The notes under the pieces: model-generated
What the model saw: only the letters and a program-made list of their open reading frames with translations
Told to the model about the DNA's origin: nothing
The model's database searches: none
Assembly (NCBI GenBank): GCA_030390025.1
Contig: CM059432.1
Location: 150,166,001-150,230,000, forward strand
Origin: Squalus acanthias
Lineage: Eukaryota
DNA length: 64,000 nucleotides
Direction of reading: 5' to 3'
Position numbers and translations under genes: made by a program
In this document: positions 51,830 to 64,000 of the stretch, piece after piece
Position numbering within the stretch: the stretch's first letter is position 1
How the letters are laid out: every line of letters starts with the position of its first letter

Positions 51830-52070
51830 GGGAGAAAATATCATAGCTGAATTCAATCCTCTCCTTACCCATATTGATCATCAATACCACCAAAACAGAT
51901 TATCAGCTCATTTATCTGATTGCTGTTTGTGGGGCTGCGCTGTTCGCAAATTGGTTGTCGTGTTTGCCTATATAACGACAGTGACTACACTTCAAAAGTA
52001 CTTTATTGGTTGTAAAGTACTTTGGGGCATCCGGAGGTTGTGAAAGATGCTATGTAAATGCAATTGCTCT
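51830..52070 (+). mobile_element. DeuSINE 3' fragment
   Basis: Homologous to the reverse complement of 19823-20010. Confidence 0.65.
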
Positions 52071-52539
52071 TTTTCATTTTTGGTGCAGTGCATTGCTAAT
52101 TGTGGTTCCCAATTACATTCAAAGGAATTGTTGTCAGATAGCACAGCAATCCTGTGGGAATAGTGCAGCTGCTGTTTGCTAGTTGTGGGGGAGGGGGAGA
52201 ATTAGAGAAGCAATTTTGTATTTAAACAAGAGATACATGATCAATTTGTGTTATCTCAAGTGTGAGCACGTTGCTCAGATTACATCATTTGCATAATGTA
52301 TGAAAATTTCATTTTTAATGTTTAATTCATAAAACATATTTTGTACATTTTGTAGTTGTACAGAAACCAAAAACAAATGAGTCTATTGGTGAAATACAAA
52401 CTCATTGAGATTGTTTGATGAGAGTCATTATTTGAAGTACTGTAAGTAGATTTTGAAAAGGGTACAGGATCACGGAGATGAGAAAGCTCATTTTCATATT
52501 AGACGTAAACTCCTGAGATACTAATCTGGAGAAAAATGT

Positions 52540-52780
52540 CCAAAAATCTATCGCTCTCTGTCTTGAATATACTCAACGACTGAGCATCCACAGCTCTCTG
52601 CGGTAGAGAATTCCAAAGATTCACCACCCTCTGAGTGAAGAAATCTCTCCTCATCTCAGTCCTAAATGGCCGACCCCTTATCCTGAGACTGTGACCCCTG
52701 GTTCTAGACTCCCCAGCCAGGGGAAGCATCCTCCCAGCATCTACCCTGTCAAACCCTGTAAGAATTTTATATGTTTCAAC
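52540..52780 (-). mobile_element. CR1 fragment
   Basis: RPFRTEMRRDFFTQRVVNLWNSLP. Confidence 0.85.
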
Positions 52781-53909
52781 TTTTCTCTTGCTTAGGATTG
52801 AAATGCTAACTGCTTCTGAATGAACATGAAAGGATGGCATTAACTATGTAGCAATGTTACAGAAATAGCCGCTGTTATCTTTCATTCTGGTTTTCTACTC
52901 CAAAACACTGAATCAGAAAAGAAAAACAGCTTTCGATTGGCTGCTGATGATGAATAAGCACACTACGATAAACCCTTTCAATCTTCAGTAACTTCTTTTC
53001 TCCCCCACTTCATTTGCAGAACAAAAAAATAAAGAATCTCAATGTCTCTTCCTGTATTGTCATAGAAGCGAAATGATGATTTTCTGTTGTAGCATAATTG
53101 CTGGAAAGATGTGCACAAACACCAGGCCTTCCAGGTGATGAATGCTCCAATGCTGAATGTGCACCACTGTCACAAGGAGGGAGAGCTCAGGGCACACAAG
53201 GGGCCCGGGAAACACTGCGGCGAGTCTGCTTCTGTCGAACTGCTGTAAACCAGAGCGCTTAATGATTTTATGGATTCCACAGAGCACCCTCTGCTATCAG
53301 GGCAGGATTGTTACAAAAAAAAAATTCTACTTATTCACAATTTTTCCACTACTAAAATTCAACTTTATATTTGTAGGTTAGCCCTTTCTCTGTAATATTA
53401 ACAAAGAAAACGACTTATTTAATCAACAAAACAAAGGCTGGCAAAATGTTAAATCTCACAATGTTCTTTTTGCGCCTGATATGAACAGCAGACAAGAACA
53501 TGCAGATAAGTCAACTAATTAAGCTAGGTGTTGCTTGGTTAAGAACCTGGCCATATGTAACAGAATTTATGAATACAGTTACACAAACGTGGATCGTGTC
53601 AGCCCGTCGACCACAGTTGCTGACAATTGTTTTAAGCCTCAACTAAAATGCCACAACCCAATGCTTCAATACATGTTATAACTAACAATATACAGGTATT
53701 AATAGAGACAGAAAGGAGATTACTGAGTATTGATCGAAGTAATGAGCACATCATATGCCAAATTCAGGTGCTTGTTCTGCCTAACTGAATAATATCATAA
53801 TTAGTGTCAACCAGACCATCCCATTTCTTGTCAGATATCTTAAAGAGAAATGAACAGCCATACAATGTTGCCTGCCTATTTGGGTGATTGTGATCAATAA
53901 AAGAATTAG

Positions 53910-56158
53910 AGGGAGAAATTCCCTACCTTAGCGCGGCGTTAAGTGAAGAAAGCGGTGGCCGCCGCTCTTCCGCCACCTGGTGGCGGGTCCCGCAGCGTCC
54001 GCCATTTTCGACGTCCCGGTAGCGTTGGCGTTCTGAAGTAGCGCCTTGAAAATAAAATGGCGGAGTGGTGACGTTAAGTCTGCCTACAACACCGACTTAA
54101 CGTCACCACTGCGAACTTTGACCCTAGCGCTGATTTCAGTGCTGGGTCCTAAGCACGCCAGGCAAACCGAGCACGCAAACTGAGTGACAGAGGCGCTGTC
54201 AGCACCTCTTAAAGGGACACACACATCTTGCACGTAAGTTTACATTTAAGTTTTGGGACGTTTTTTAAAATTTTATTGGAGTAGTGGGTTGCTGCAAGGT
54301 TGCAAGGCCTCGGATGGTAAAGGAAGGCCTCTGAGAAGAAAGAAAATGCTGGAAATACTCAGCAGGTCAGGCAACATCCGTGGAGAGAGAAACAGAGTTC
54401 ACGTCTCAGGTCGAGATGCTGCCTGACCAGCTGAGTATTTCCAGCATTTTATGCTGTCATTTCAGATTTACAGCATCCGCTCGCAGAGGGAAGAGGAAGA
54501 CACAGAAGAGGAAGAAACAGAAGAAGAAGAAGCCGAGGAAAAAGATGCAGAAGAGGGGGAAGCTGAAGAGGGGGAAGCTGAAGAGGGGGAAGCTGAAGAG
54601 GGGGAAGCTGAAGAGGAGGAAGCAGAAGGCAGGATGCAACCCAGACAGCCCCTTTCTGGTCAGGATATCTGGGATGGAATCATCCGCCTGTGGTACCAGT
54701 GACCACAACCCCAATTCCCCTTTCACCATTTGTCCCACACCTTACCTTCCCTCTGTTACTGACCATCACAGCATCCTCTTGGCCACAATGCTGAAATAAA
54801 AGACACCACAAAGCAAACTTTCCAATTTAACTTTATACATCTATCCATCCAATATGACATCAAGAAATCAACTCATCACACTTATGCATTCCCTTAGTGA
54901 CAGTCTTGTGTGTGCCTTTGCCTATCCTCCTGATGTCACGCAGTGCTACCCCAGTGGCTGCAGCATGGCTGCAGACTTTCAGTGGGGGACACTGCAGATG
55001 GCCTTGCTGGTCGACCAAGGAGCTGGTGGCTGGGAGTGTCAAATCAATCTTCTTCTTCTTCACTCTCCTCTCCCTCTTCTTGGCCAACCACAAGCTGGGC
55101 AGGCTGAATTTCTCAGGTGTGAAATGAGAAAGGCACAAGGGTGGAGTTGTGGTGAGAGGAGGGCGGGAAAGCAAGAGGTGCATGCGAGAAGGTGGATGGC
55201 GTATGAGGATACCCGCATCTTGTATCCTTTCTGTCCTGCTGCTGGCCAAGGGCTCAGCCATGTCCCTGCCAAGTATTGCCAGCACCGTCTCCTCCAAGGG
55301 GGTGAGGTGAGGCTAGGAATGGGAGATGTGCCTGGTGATTGGTACAGATTGTTGGTAGGTGAGTGATTGGGGTGGAGGGGGGGAGTCGTGCATTGAGCAG
55401 TGTATGAGGCTAGTGGTGCAGTTGGTAGGAGACGGCTTTTGAAGATGCATTCACTGACCTTGACCAGTGGTCTGAGTTTATGAAGCTTCTTTGGGCACTG
55501 GAGCCAGGTGTGGGGGCGACACTGCTGACAGTGATAGCCTCAGGGATGTGGTATCACATCGTTCTTTCTGGAGGGCCTCCTGGCCTCTGTGGGTAGAGGA
55601 CATCTCTTGCAGTGTTCACCCCCTGCACAAAGCTGGAGTGCTGCGTGCGAGACCCTGGTGCCCCTTCCCTGGCTTGCTGAGCCATTTGTGTCAGTGCTGA
55701 AACACTTTTACCATTTCTTTAGGTGCGGAAGGGAATTCAGCTTTAAGAGCTGAAGACTGCCATTTGGGAATTATTTTTAATGTTCATGTTTTTTTTGAAA
55801 GGCAGTAAGGGCTGAAAAATGCATTTTTTCCCTTGATTTTAATTTTTATTAGTTTTGAATGCATTGCCCCTTTAATTCATAGCCCCCTTAATTACCCACA
55901 ATGCCTTGCGAACTCCACAGCCTCGCTTCCCCAATCTGTAACAAGTAGCAACGCCGAGTGTGGACGGGAACTTCGGGTCAGAGGCCTCCATTAATGCCAC
56001 CAGGGGGGCGTTGCACGGTAAGTTAGCGCTGCGCTGCACATCGCCAACTCCCAGCGTGAACATTTTTCAACGGTAGCGCTGCGGCCATTTTCAGGGTACG
56101 TTAATTCAAGTTGCCGGTGACACCGGCAATTCTCTTGGCACACTTTTAATTTCTCCCT
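53910..56158. mobile_element. Internally deleted Harbinger with an acidic tail (15-bp gaagagggggaagct tandem), Myb-gene remnants and a nested Penelope-like fold-back (54345-54480)
   Basis: Perfect TIR agggagaaatt / aatttctccct; TSD TAG (53907-53909, 56159-56161). Confidence 0.8.
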
Positions 56159-57009
56159 TAGAGTTTTATTGAAGTTTAAACACATTGCGCTCCACGCTGC
56201 ATCCTTTCACTGCCGTGCCATGATTCCTGCACCTCTAGCTCTACTGGTTGAATCAATGCCAAGACTACAAAATGTGCCTGCTGCTTGCTAAATATAGACC
56301 TCTAAGCCTGTGAAGCCCTTATTGCTGAGATTCCCAGTAATGACAGCCTAGCGGTCTACTTCCTTGCTTGGATGATGGATTGACTACCACCTCAGTCCAT
56401 CTGCTGCACAACTTAATAGTTCTAAATTAGCTACCATGGCTGATCCCATGACCTCACAAGGATATACACATCAATCAAAAACCTGCAGAAATGGTCAAGA
56501 TTTTGAGTGTGTGCATTGCCACTGCTTTTATTTATACGCAAGACAGGCTAAATTATAAACAGCTTTGCAATAGAATTGGAAAAAATGCATCAATCTCAAA
56601 TCCATTCCAGCCACTGCCTTACACTGGCGAAATTATACAGACTGGATAATATCCAATTTACGCAATAGATGAGATGTTTGAGATACAAAGTTAAATATGG
56701 AATATATTACTGTAAGTTGTTACGGCTGCAGCCCTTCATGTTTTGACTCAAGATTCTTATGTAGCTTTTGGTACAATAATTAAAATCATGAATCACTTTT
56801 TAAAAACTACCACCATAGATAAAATAATTAAACCAGTAGGCAACACATGTCCCGTTCAACAATCGTACCTATAAAGACTTTAAGGAACTTGCATTTCAAA
56901 TTTACAGCCAAGTACAGAAATATTGCACAGAATTTACAGCACAGAAACAGGCCATTCAGCCCAACTGGTCTATTCTCCACTCGAGCCTCGTCCCACCCCT
57001 CTTCATCTA

Positions 57010-58625
57010 ATCCACTGGCCAGGAAAACAGTAAATGAGCAATGGCAGGGCTTCAAGACAGAGATACTTTGGATACAAATCAAACATATTTCCATAAGGAG
57101 GAAAGATGGGGCATGCAAAGCTCGAGCTCCCTACATCACACAGGAAAGAGAGGTTCAAATAAAACAGAAACAGGGAGGTTAATGACAAATGCCAGGTATA
57201 GAATACAATAGAAATCCAAGCAGAATACAGAGTGGGCAGAGGGAAATTGAGTAAGAATATAAGAAAGGCAAAGAGAAAATATGAGAAAAGATTAGCAGGT
57301 AACATAAAAGGAAACCCAAAATCTTTTATCAACATATAAAAAGTAAAAGGATAGTTAAAGGAATGGTAGGCTGATGAGGGACAAAAAGGAAATCTTCTTG
57401 TGGAGGCAGAGGGCATGACTGAGGTACTGAATGAGTACTTTGCATCTGTCTTCAGAAAAGAAGATGAAGTTAATGTCGCAGTAGAGAAGGGGGGAGTAGA
57501 GATATTGGATAGGATAAAAATAGATAGAAAGGAGGTGCTAAATAGGTTGGCATCACTCAAAGTTAACAAGTCTCACACCATCATCCCTTTTGTCAATTAA
57601 TCTCTCCTGCCTTCCACCCTATCACAGATCTTCCCTTTTGTTCTTTCCTCCCCTCCCCCCTTTCCCTGCCTCTGCAATTGCTTAAAACCTGTTATAACTC
57701 TAACTTTTTTCAGTTCTGACGAAATGTTAACTCTGTTTCTCTCTCCACCGATGCTGCCTGACCTGCTGAGTATTTCCAGCATTTTCTGTTTTTATTTCAG
57801 ATTTCCAGCATCCGCAGTATTTTGCTTTTGTGTTGGGATGCATCCTAGGTTGCTGAGGGAAGCTAGGATGGAGATAACAGAAGCTCTGACCACTTTCAAT
57901 CCTCCTTGGATATGGGAGTGGTGCCAGAGGACTGGAGGATTGAAAATGTTACACCCCTGTTCAAAAAAGGAGGGGATAAACCTGGTAACTACAAATCAAT
58001 CTAACGCCAGTGCTGGGAAAACTGTATTGTCAAGGACAAAATTAATTCTCACTTGGAGAAGCATGGGACAGCCAACACGGATTTGTTAAAGGCAAATCGT
58101 GTCTGACTAACCTGACTGAATTCTTTGATGAAGTAACAGAGAGGGTTGACAAAGGTAGTGCAGTAGATGTTGTATATATGGACTTTCAAAAGGCATTTGA
58201 TAAAATACCACATAACAGACATATTCTGAAAATAGAAGCACAGGGGATTAAAGGGACGATGGTAACTTGGGTATGTAATTGTCTAAGGGATAGGAGTAGT
58301 GGTGAACGTATGTTTTTCTGACTGGAGAGAAGTCCAAAGATGTGCGGGTTAGGTTGATTTGGCTATGATAAATTGACCCTTAGTGTTAGGGGGGATTAAA
58401 TACGTGGGGTTACGGGGATAGGGTGGGATATGTGTCGGTGCAGGCTCGATGGGCCGAAATGGCCTCTATCTGCACTGTGGGGATTCTGTGATTCTGTGAA
58501 GTATGCAATGGGATCCCCCAGGGATCGGTATTAGGGCCATTGCTTTTCTTGTTATATATAAATGACCTGGACTTGGGTATAGGGAGTACAATTTCAAAGT
58601 TTGCAGATGATACAAAACTTGGCTC
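57010..58625 (+). mobile_element. CR1 fragment with nested Penelope-like repeat (~57575-57830) and HE1-like SINE 3' part (~58334-58497)
   Basis: MTEVLNEYFASVF and DFQKAFDK motifs. HE1-like caaagatgtgcgggttaggttgatt...gatgggccgaaatggcct...(gattctgt)2 with gaagt duplicated on both sides. Confidence 0.8.
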
Positions 58626-61600
58626 CAATCCTTGGGCTGATCATTTTTTAACATGAGAGCTTTGGCGGGAGGGTCTCTCCTGTCAAAGCATCAAAAACAT
58701 TCCTTACTAAGCTCAAAGCTTTCAGGGGATCAAATCATTTTAAAACACAACTTCACAACTGGCTGGAGTTATACTGCACTCAGTAAAAGCTAAATGGTGC
58801 AGGACTATCAGCAGAAGGTGATCTCACAGCCCTTTCTCCCCTTACCCCCGAGCTTTGTCAGGGGTTAGGTCAGAACCTGAACCCAAGTTGCGCTGCTGCT
58901 TTCGAGTCAATGTGCACCTGATAAATGTGACAACTGATGTGAAAATAATAGCACAACCTGGGAGTCGAGTCCCAATCAGAGTCAGAACCACAATGTATCT
59001 GGGAGGTTGAGACAGCAGCCTTATACAATTCACTGGCAGATTCCATCTTTTTATTTTATTTTAATATAATCTGCAGTTCTAAATAGAAAAAAGTGAAGTA
59101 GAAATGGAAATTCCTTGATCATATCAGTGACCTTTTTTTTTAGAAAACACATTTGCAATTTCTATCAAATGTTCATCAACAGTTTATGATGCTTTAGAAT
59201 TCACAGGAAAAAAATAGCCTAGAGCATCTGAAGGCTATAAAGCATAAAAATAATGTACTGCAGTGGCAAATAATATATATTTTTTTACAGTGACAGCTGT
59301 GATTTATTGAAGCAATTCAGGTGCACTTGGAAACAATATTAACTTCACCCATACCCTAAAACAGGCAAAATACACAATTTAAGTTGAACACTAATCTAGT
59401 GATGGATTGCTCAGTTGTCAAGGCACACATGTACCATCTCAACCAGGTGATTTAAAAAAAATGCGTATCTTTACATCTTCTGGGATTATAATCTAGGGGG
59501 CAAAACTAACAGTAATAATCTACCAACCATGTAACCATTGTAAAGCCGCCAACATACATCATTTCACCCTCCAACAGCCAGCAGCACATATAACCAATAA
59601 AAAAAAAGTACTTGTGCGCTCTCAGTTACTAAGAATAATTTTGGAGAATTACCCAGCATCAGGCAGTCAAGCAACGAGGCAATAACTAAACTAGGCAGTG
59701 TGATAACTCAGTAAGCTCAATCTTAAGGCGCTCGAAGTGCCGATTTACTTTAGAATCTATAGCTGCCCTTCTCCTTCCTAGAGAGGAAGGGAAAAGTCAA
59801 ACTGCTAACTCTAGGGTGCTTCAACACATCACTCAATGGCTGATTCCCATGCATGCTTTTAGTTGGAGACAAAGAAATTAGAGAAAGGCAAGAAAAGTCT
59901 AGCGTCACCCTAAAATGGAACAAAGAATGGGATTGGAACAATGCTCGTATGTTATTTCCTTCCTTAGTGTATTTACACATAGTTCAGCACCACACCTGTT
60001 CATTTCAATTTCATTGAGATATTTTATTAAAGTATCTATTACAGCAATAACTTCACCAAAGTCAATCTGTCCCCCTAGGTGAATCAACCCATGATTCACA
60101 TTTTTTGGTGATAACAATTGGAGAATTAGGAAGAAATTAACTGAAATTACCTAACTTGATGATCAAATCAAAAGCCACTGGCCTAGAGATTCGATAACAC
60201 CGGGAAATGGTTGCCCACTTTGGTGCTGCCCGCTGATTTCAATGAGCGCAGCGCAGAAGCTCCCATGAAACGCGCTCTTTCCAGCAGTAACATCAGCAGG
60301 GGGCCGAAGGTCTAAAGGATCAGTGCACTGTTCTCGGGAGATTGCGATTTCTTAAAGTGACCTGCTAGGTTTCCAGTTATGTTTCTCAGTTGACAGAGAG
60401 GGTATGCAAGATAAATGAAAGCGTAAAAATAGACTAATCTGTCATATTTTAAAGAATGCAACCAATATTTTCGATTCTACTCCCTGGAATAAACATAAAA
60501 GCAACCTATTCTTTTAATACACATACACAATGAATAAACTTTGCTATTACAGAGGCTTTTCACTATAAGTGCCAGAACTCACTGACCTCCTCCGGTTAAG
60601 TGCTGGTATCTAAAGTGTATAGAACAGCCATTCAATCTGCTGATGTGTTTCTGCAGCAATCACCATGAGCCATCTCACTGGACTGGACATACTCTGCAGA
60701 GTTATTGAAGACTTTGGCAGGGATCTATTAAACAGTACCACAATCCAGCCAAACAGCCTCTTGGGCAGTCACCTTATTAACAGTCACATACCCGCCCCAC
60801 CTCCTCCCAATTCCCCAGACAATACAAATTGCTATTTCCTGTCTTTATGAGATGTGGCACTAGTTGAGAAGTTAAGCTTTTCAATAACAAAAAAAACCCT
60901 CTCTAAATCTTAATATTTCTTTGTTTAGCGGGTTCATCAGCATTGTCTTGATGTAAACTGGATCTTGATGAAAAGATCAAAAGAATAAATTACATTAAGC
61001 AACAACGGGAAAAAAAAAAGCCAACTTGATCTGGATCATATTAAAGAATTTTTGCAATAGACTGTAAGACAATTGAAGTCAGTTATTTGAGTGTAACTTA
61101 CTTAAAAGTAGCGCGGTAAATGTGAATTGTACAGAATGTTTACTATACCATAAATAAGTTTATAGCTTTCCGCCGGTTTCTCCCGGTGCTACGTACTGTC
61201 AATGGCTGCAAGCATGTGCTTTGGAGAGGGCAGTAAGAGGAGCAGCAACGTCCAAAATTGCTGAGCATGTGTCAATTCGGTGTTGCATGCCGATTGACAT
61301 CATGCTCCTGGTAATTAAAATACTTGGGGCGAGCACAGGCAACGGCAGCGCTGCCGATCTGCCCAATATGGCGGCCGCAGCAGTTCGCCCCGGAAGTGGG
61401 CGGAAGCGAGGTGGCAGCCATTTTTTCTTCAAAACCAGCTTTAACGGCCGGCGCTAAAGGTTCCAATTTCTAGGTCAGTATCTTTAAACAAACCAACATA
61501 TTTTGATACCTACCACCAGGTTAAAACACCAGAGGGATCAAGTAATCATTTTCGGTCCCTTTAAATGTTATGATCACTTTCAATACAAACAGGTGATTAG

Positions 61601-61858
61601 GCATGAATTCTATCCTTCTGCTGAGAGCCCTTTCTGCTCTGGAATGAGTAAGGCAAAGCTCGTGACACTTGGTTTTAAACTGCCAACTTCCCGGAAAAAA
61701 ACAAACTCAAACTCAATTTAAATTATTCACAGGCAACTATGCTGACTCCAAAAGATGTTTAAATGTTCTACTGGCTTAAGAAAATTGTAAAACAACTGTT
61801 TCAGTTTTACTGGGTCAAGGTTCCTTTCATAAGCATTAAGGATGACAACTGTCATAAT

Positions 61859-62362
61859 GGGGGTAATTTTAACCCTCAAAAACGGGTGGGTTGGGGTCGG
61901 TGAGATGTTAAAATTTTAAAAATCTCAAATCTGACCCATCCACTTCCGGGTTTAACAGAGGCGGGTCAAGGAGTGGGCAGGCAACCCACTCCCATGAGGT
62001 GGGTTGGCCATTTAAATATTATAACGAGGCTGTGAGCCTCACATTTAACCTGCTTTGCAGGTTTAACTCTGGCCTGCTCGGTTTCCCAGGCCTCGGGAAA
62101 CCCGGCAGCTCAAGGCAAGTACCTTTACAGCACTGCCTGTGGGCCAGGAGGAGCAGGAGTGCTTCTCCCCCATCCCACCCCCTGGGCCGGGGATCGGAAC
62201 TCCCCCCAACCCCCCCTCAGGGTTGGAGAGCGGACCTCCCCCCCTGCCCCCCCACAATGCTCCCACTAGCAGCTGCAGGCTCCTTACCTGCGGCTGCGGC
62301 CTGCTCCAGAATGCTCTCCGCTCGACTGGAAGCCAAGTCGCACGCTGTGAAGTTAAATCTCC
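61859..62362. mobile_element. Harbinger-like MITE
   Basis: ggggggtaattttaac ... gttaaatctcc ends; GC-rich interior. Confidence 0.5.
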
Positions 62363-63619
62363 ACAGCACCCACCTTACCAAATCCACCTCTGTCAATATT
62401 GGGGCCAATATTTCATTGTGTATCTATAAACATTCTATAGTTAAACACTCGTCTCAATTTTTTGATTCAAGTATAACAAAAGCTGACAAATCACATAATA
62501 GGATATTTTCCCATTAGACTCTTTGATTCCTTTTAATTTTAGGGAAACCAGAATTGGTACATAGGTACATCTAAGCAACAATAATACTAAATTGTGCTTT
62601 TGGTTAAAGTTTCTGAAATGACACTGGTACACACACAGGGGGTCATTAGTTAGTAAGTCAGCAGCACGAACTGCTGGTGGGTTTTGTGAAAATTCCTTAA
62701 AATTTATGAGCAAGTTATTTAGGTGATGCACTACAGATGAGTGGCTAATGTTCTGAGCCTGCCCATTTTTGAAGGGAGCCTTCTTTCTAAGGAAGGTGAA
62801 AACTTTTGAATTTTAATGAAGATTATTATTTTGGATGAAGAATTTTAAGTTATTTAAATTAACTGATTATGAATTATAAATAACTATATTCTTCTCAGAA
62901 TGGAAAATTAAAATGGATGTTAGCAAAGGTAAAAGGATCCTCCTTTTCCACCTGATTAATGACCACAATATAGGGTAGATTTAAAGCGTACTTGCCCACT
63001 GCCCGTGATTTTCCATCCAGTGAAACTTGTGGTTTCTGATGCGCGCTTTATCTGTTCTATTAAATTCTATATCACAACTGTGTGGCGAGAGGAGACTATG
63101 AAGACTTACAATACCGTTGGTGAAATTACGCTTAAGAAAGAGAAATGGGCCAGGTTCCACCAGCCAAGGAATAACTGAATAAAGTCGATTTGATATTCAC
63201 TTACTAGCAGATCCTCTGTATCGTTGCTCACAAGGTTTGGTTTGGGGTTTACCGAATGGTTATGTTGTTTAGCTCATTATGGACACTGCTCAAGTACTGC
63301 CTGTGGGAAAGTAATCTAAATTGAGGTAAATTGAGCTAAACAGAGTGCAAATTTTTGATCCAGGTCAGAAGAATCCATCATTAAATGATTGGCTCTCTCT
63401 TTTTTCTGATTGTTTACCTTCTGTAAAAAAGGTGAACCCTTTGAAGTGTGATATCTGAAGTGCAACTTATCTTAGAGGTTCTCATTCACCTCCTTTTTGA
63501 TAAAACAGGGATAAAATAGTAAAATAAGAGTAGAGTTAAATCAGGAGTAAGCTTAGATTTTAAAAGCCTGAAGACTGAGAGAGGAAGAATAGACGGAAGC
63601 AGTTCTAAAGTTTGAGAAA

Positions 63620-63960
63620 GAATGAGTTAGAGTAGGACACTTTACAGTGAGTCTTTAGTGCAAAAAGGTGGGGAGGTGGAGAGGAGGATAAACATGTAGA
63701 ATGGAATATTTGGAGTTTAATGGAATGAGAGAGGAAAATGCAGAGAACATACCAATAAAATAAGACAATAAAGGGAGAGAGAGGTTAAAGGCTAGAGATG
63801 AGAGAAATATATCAGATGATGAGTTTGTTCCTGTATCTTGCAACTGAGATGCTGGGAGAGCCTCCCAAGATATAGGAGTATTAAAGCCTTGAACAAGCTT
63901 GAGATTTATATTTATATAAATAAGTGTTTAGCACGAAAAAATAGACCATCACCAAAAGAA
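63620..63960 (-). mobile_element. Old degraded LINE (L2-like) fragment
   Basis: Purine-rich plus strand typical of antisense L2 ORF2; no clear motif. Confidence 0.3.
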
Positions 63961-64000
63961 TGAAGGGAGAAGTTAGAAGAATTGCTTTTTCTTAAATGAG

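Larger units (their letters stand above)
29005..64000 (-). other. ARPP21: Large ARPP21 intron (upstream exon lies beyond the window)
   Basis: An acceptor is present at 29005-29006 and no further ARPP21-like exon was recognised to the window end. Confidence 0.6.

Noticed and set aside
54380..54799. Lys/Arg-rich or Glu-rich ORFs
   Set aside because: Produced by a 15-bp tandem expansion in what looks like the acidic tail of a dead Harbinger transposase.
29005..64000. miR-128-2 hairpin, expected in an ARPP21 intron
   Set aside because: I did not find TCACAGTGAACCGGTCTCTTT (plus strand aaagagaccggttcactgtga) by eye. It probably lies nearer the upstream exon beyond the window; an exact search would confirm.

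Overview
Repeat-dense vertebrate genomic DNA, most likely an elasmobranch (shark). This is inferred from DeuSINE/SacSINE1-like, HE1-like and CR1/HER1-like repeats recognised from memory; no database was searched. The only host gene I can support is ARPP21 on the minus strand: its last two coding exons (29004-28853, 25838-25581), a 3' UTR with poly(A) signals at about 25100 and possibly about 20425, and a >35 kb intron covering the right half of the window. The rest is mostly transposon-derived: (i) many PIF/Harbinger elements, including decayed transposase+Myb/SANT copies, a Myb-only deletion derivative and GC-rich MITEs with 3-bp TSDs; (ii) CR1, L2 and Vingi-like LINE fragments; (iii) a 5'-LTR/tRNA-Arg-PBS/gag retroviral-like relic and a 1.7 kb solo LTR; (iv) two families of Penelope-like terminal repeats carrying minimal hammerhead-ribozyme motifs. 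The most striking observation is that three short hammerhead-bearing, largely palindromic Penelope-like inserts sit at the same ~13-bp site of CR1 ORF2 (CTTT/CATAAATAGAG) in two different CR1 copies, each with a target duplication. This suggests a ribozyme-carrying non-autonomous element that preferentially targets another retrotransposon.
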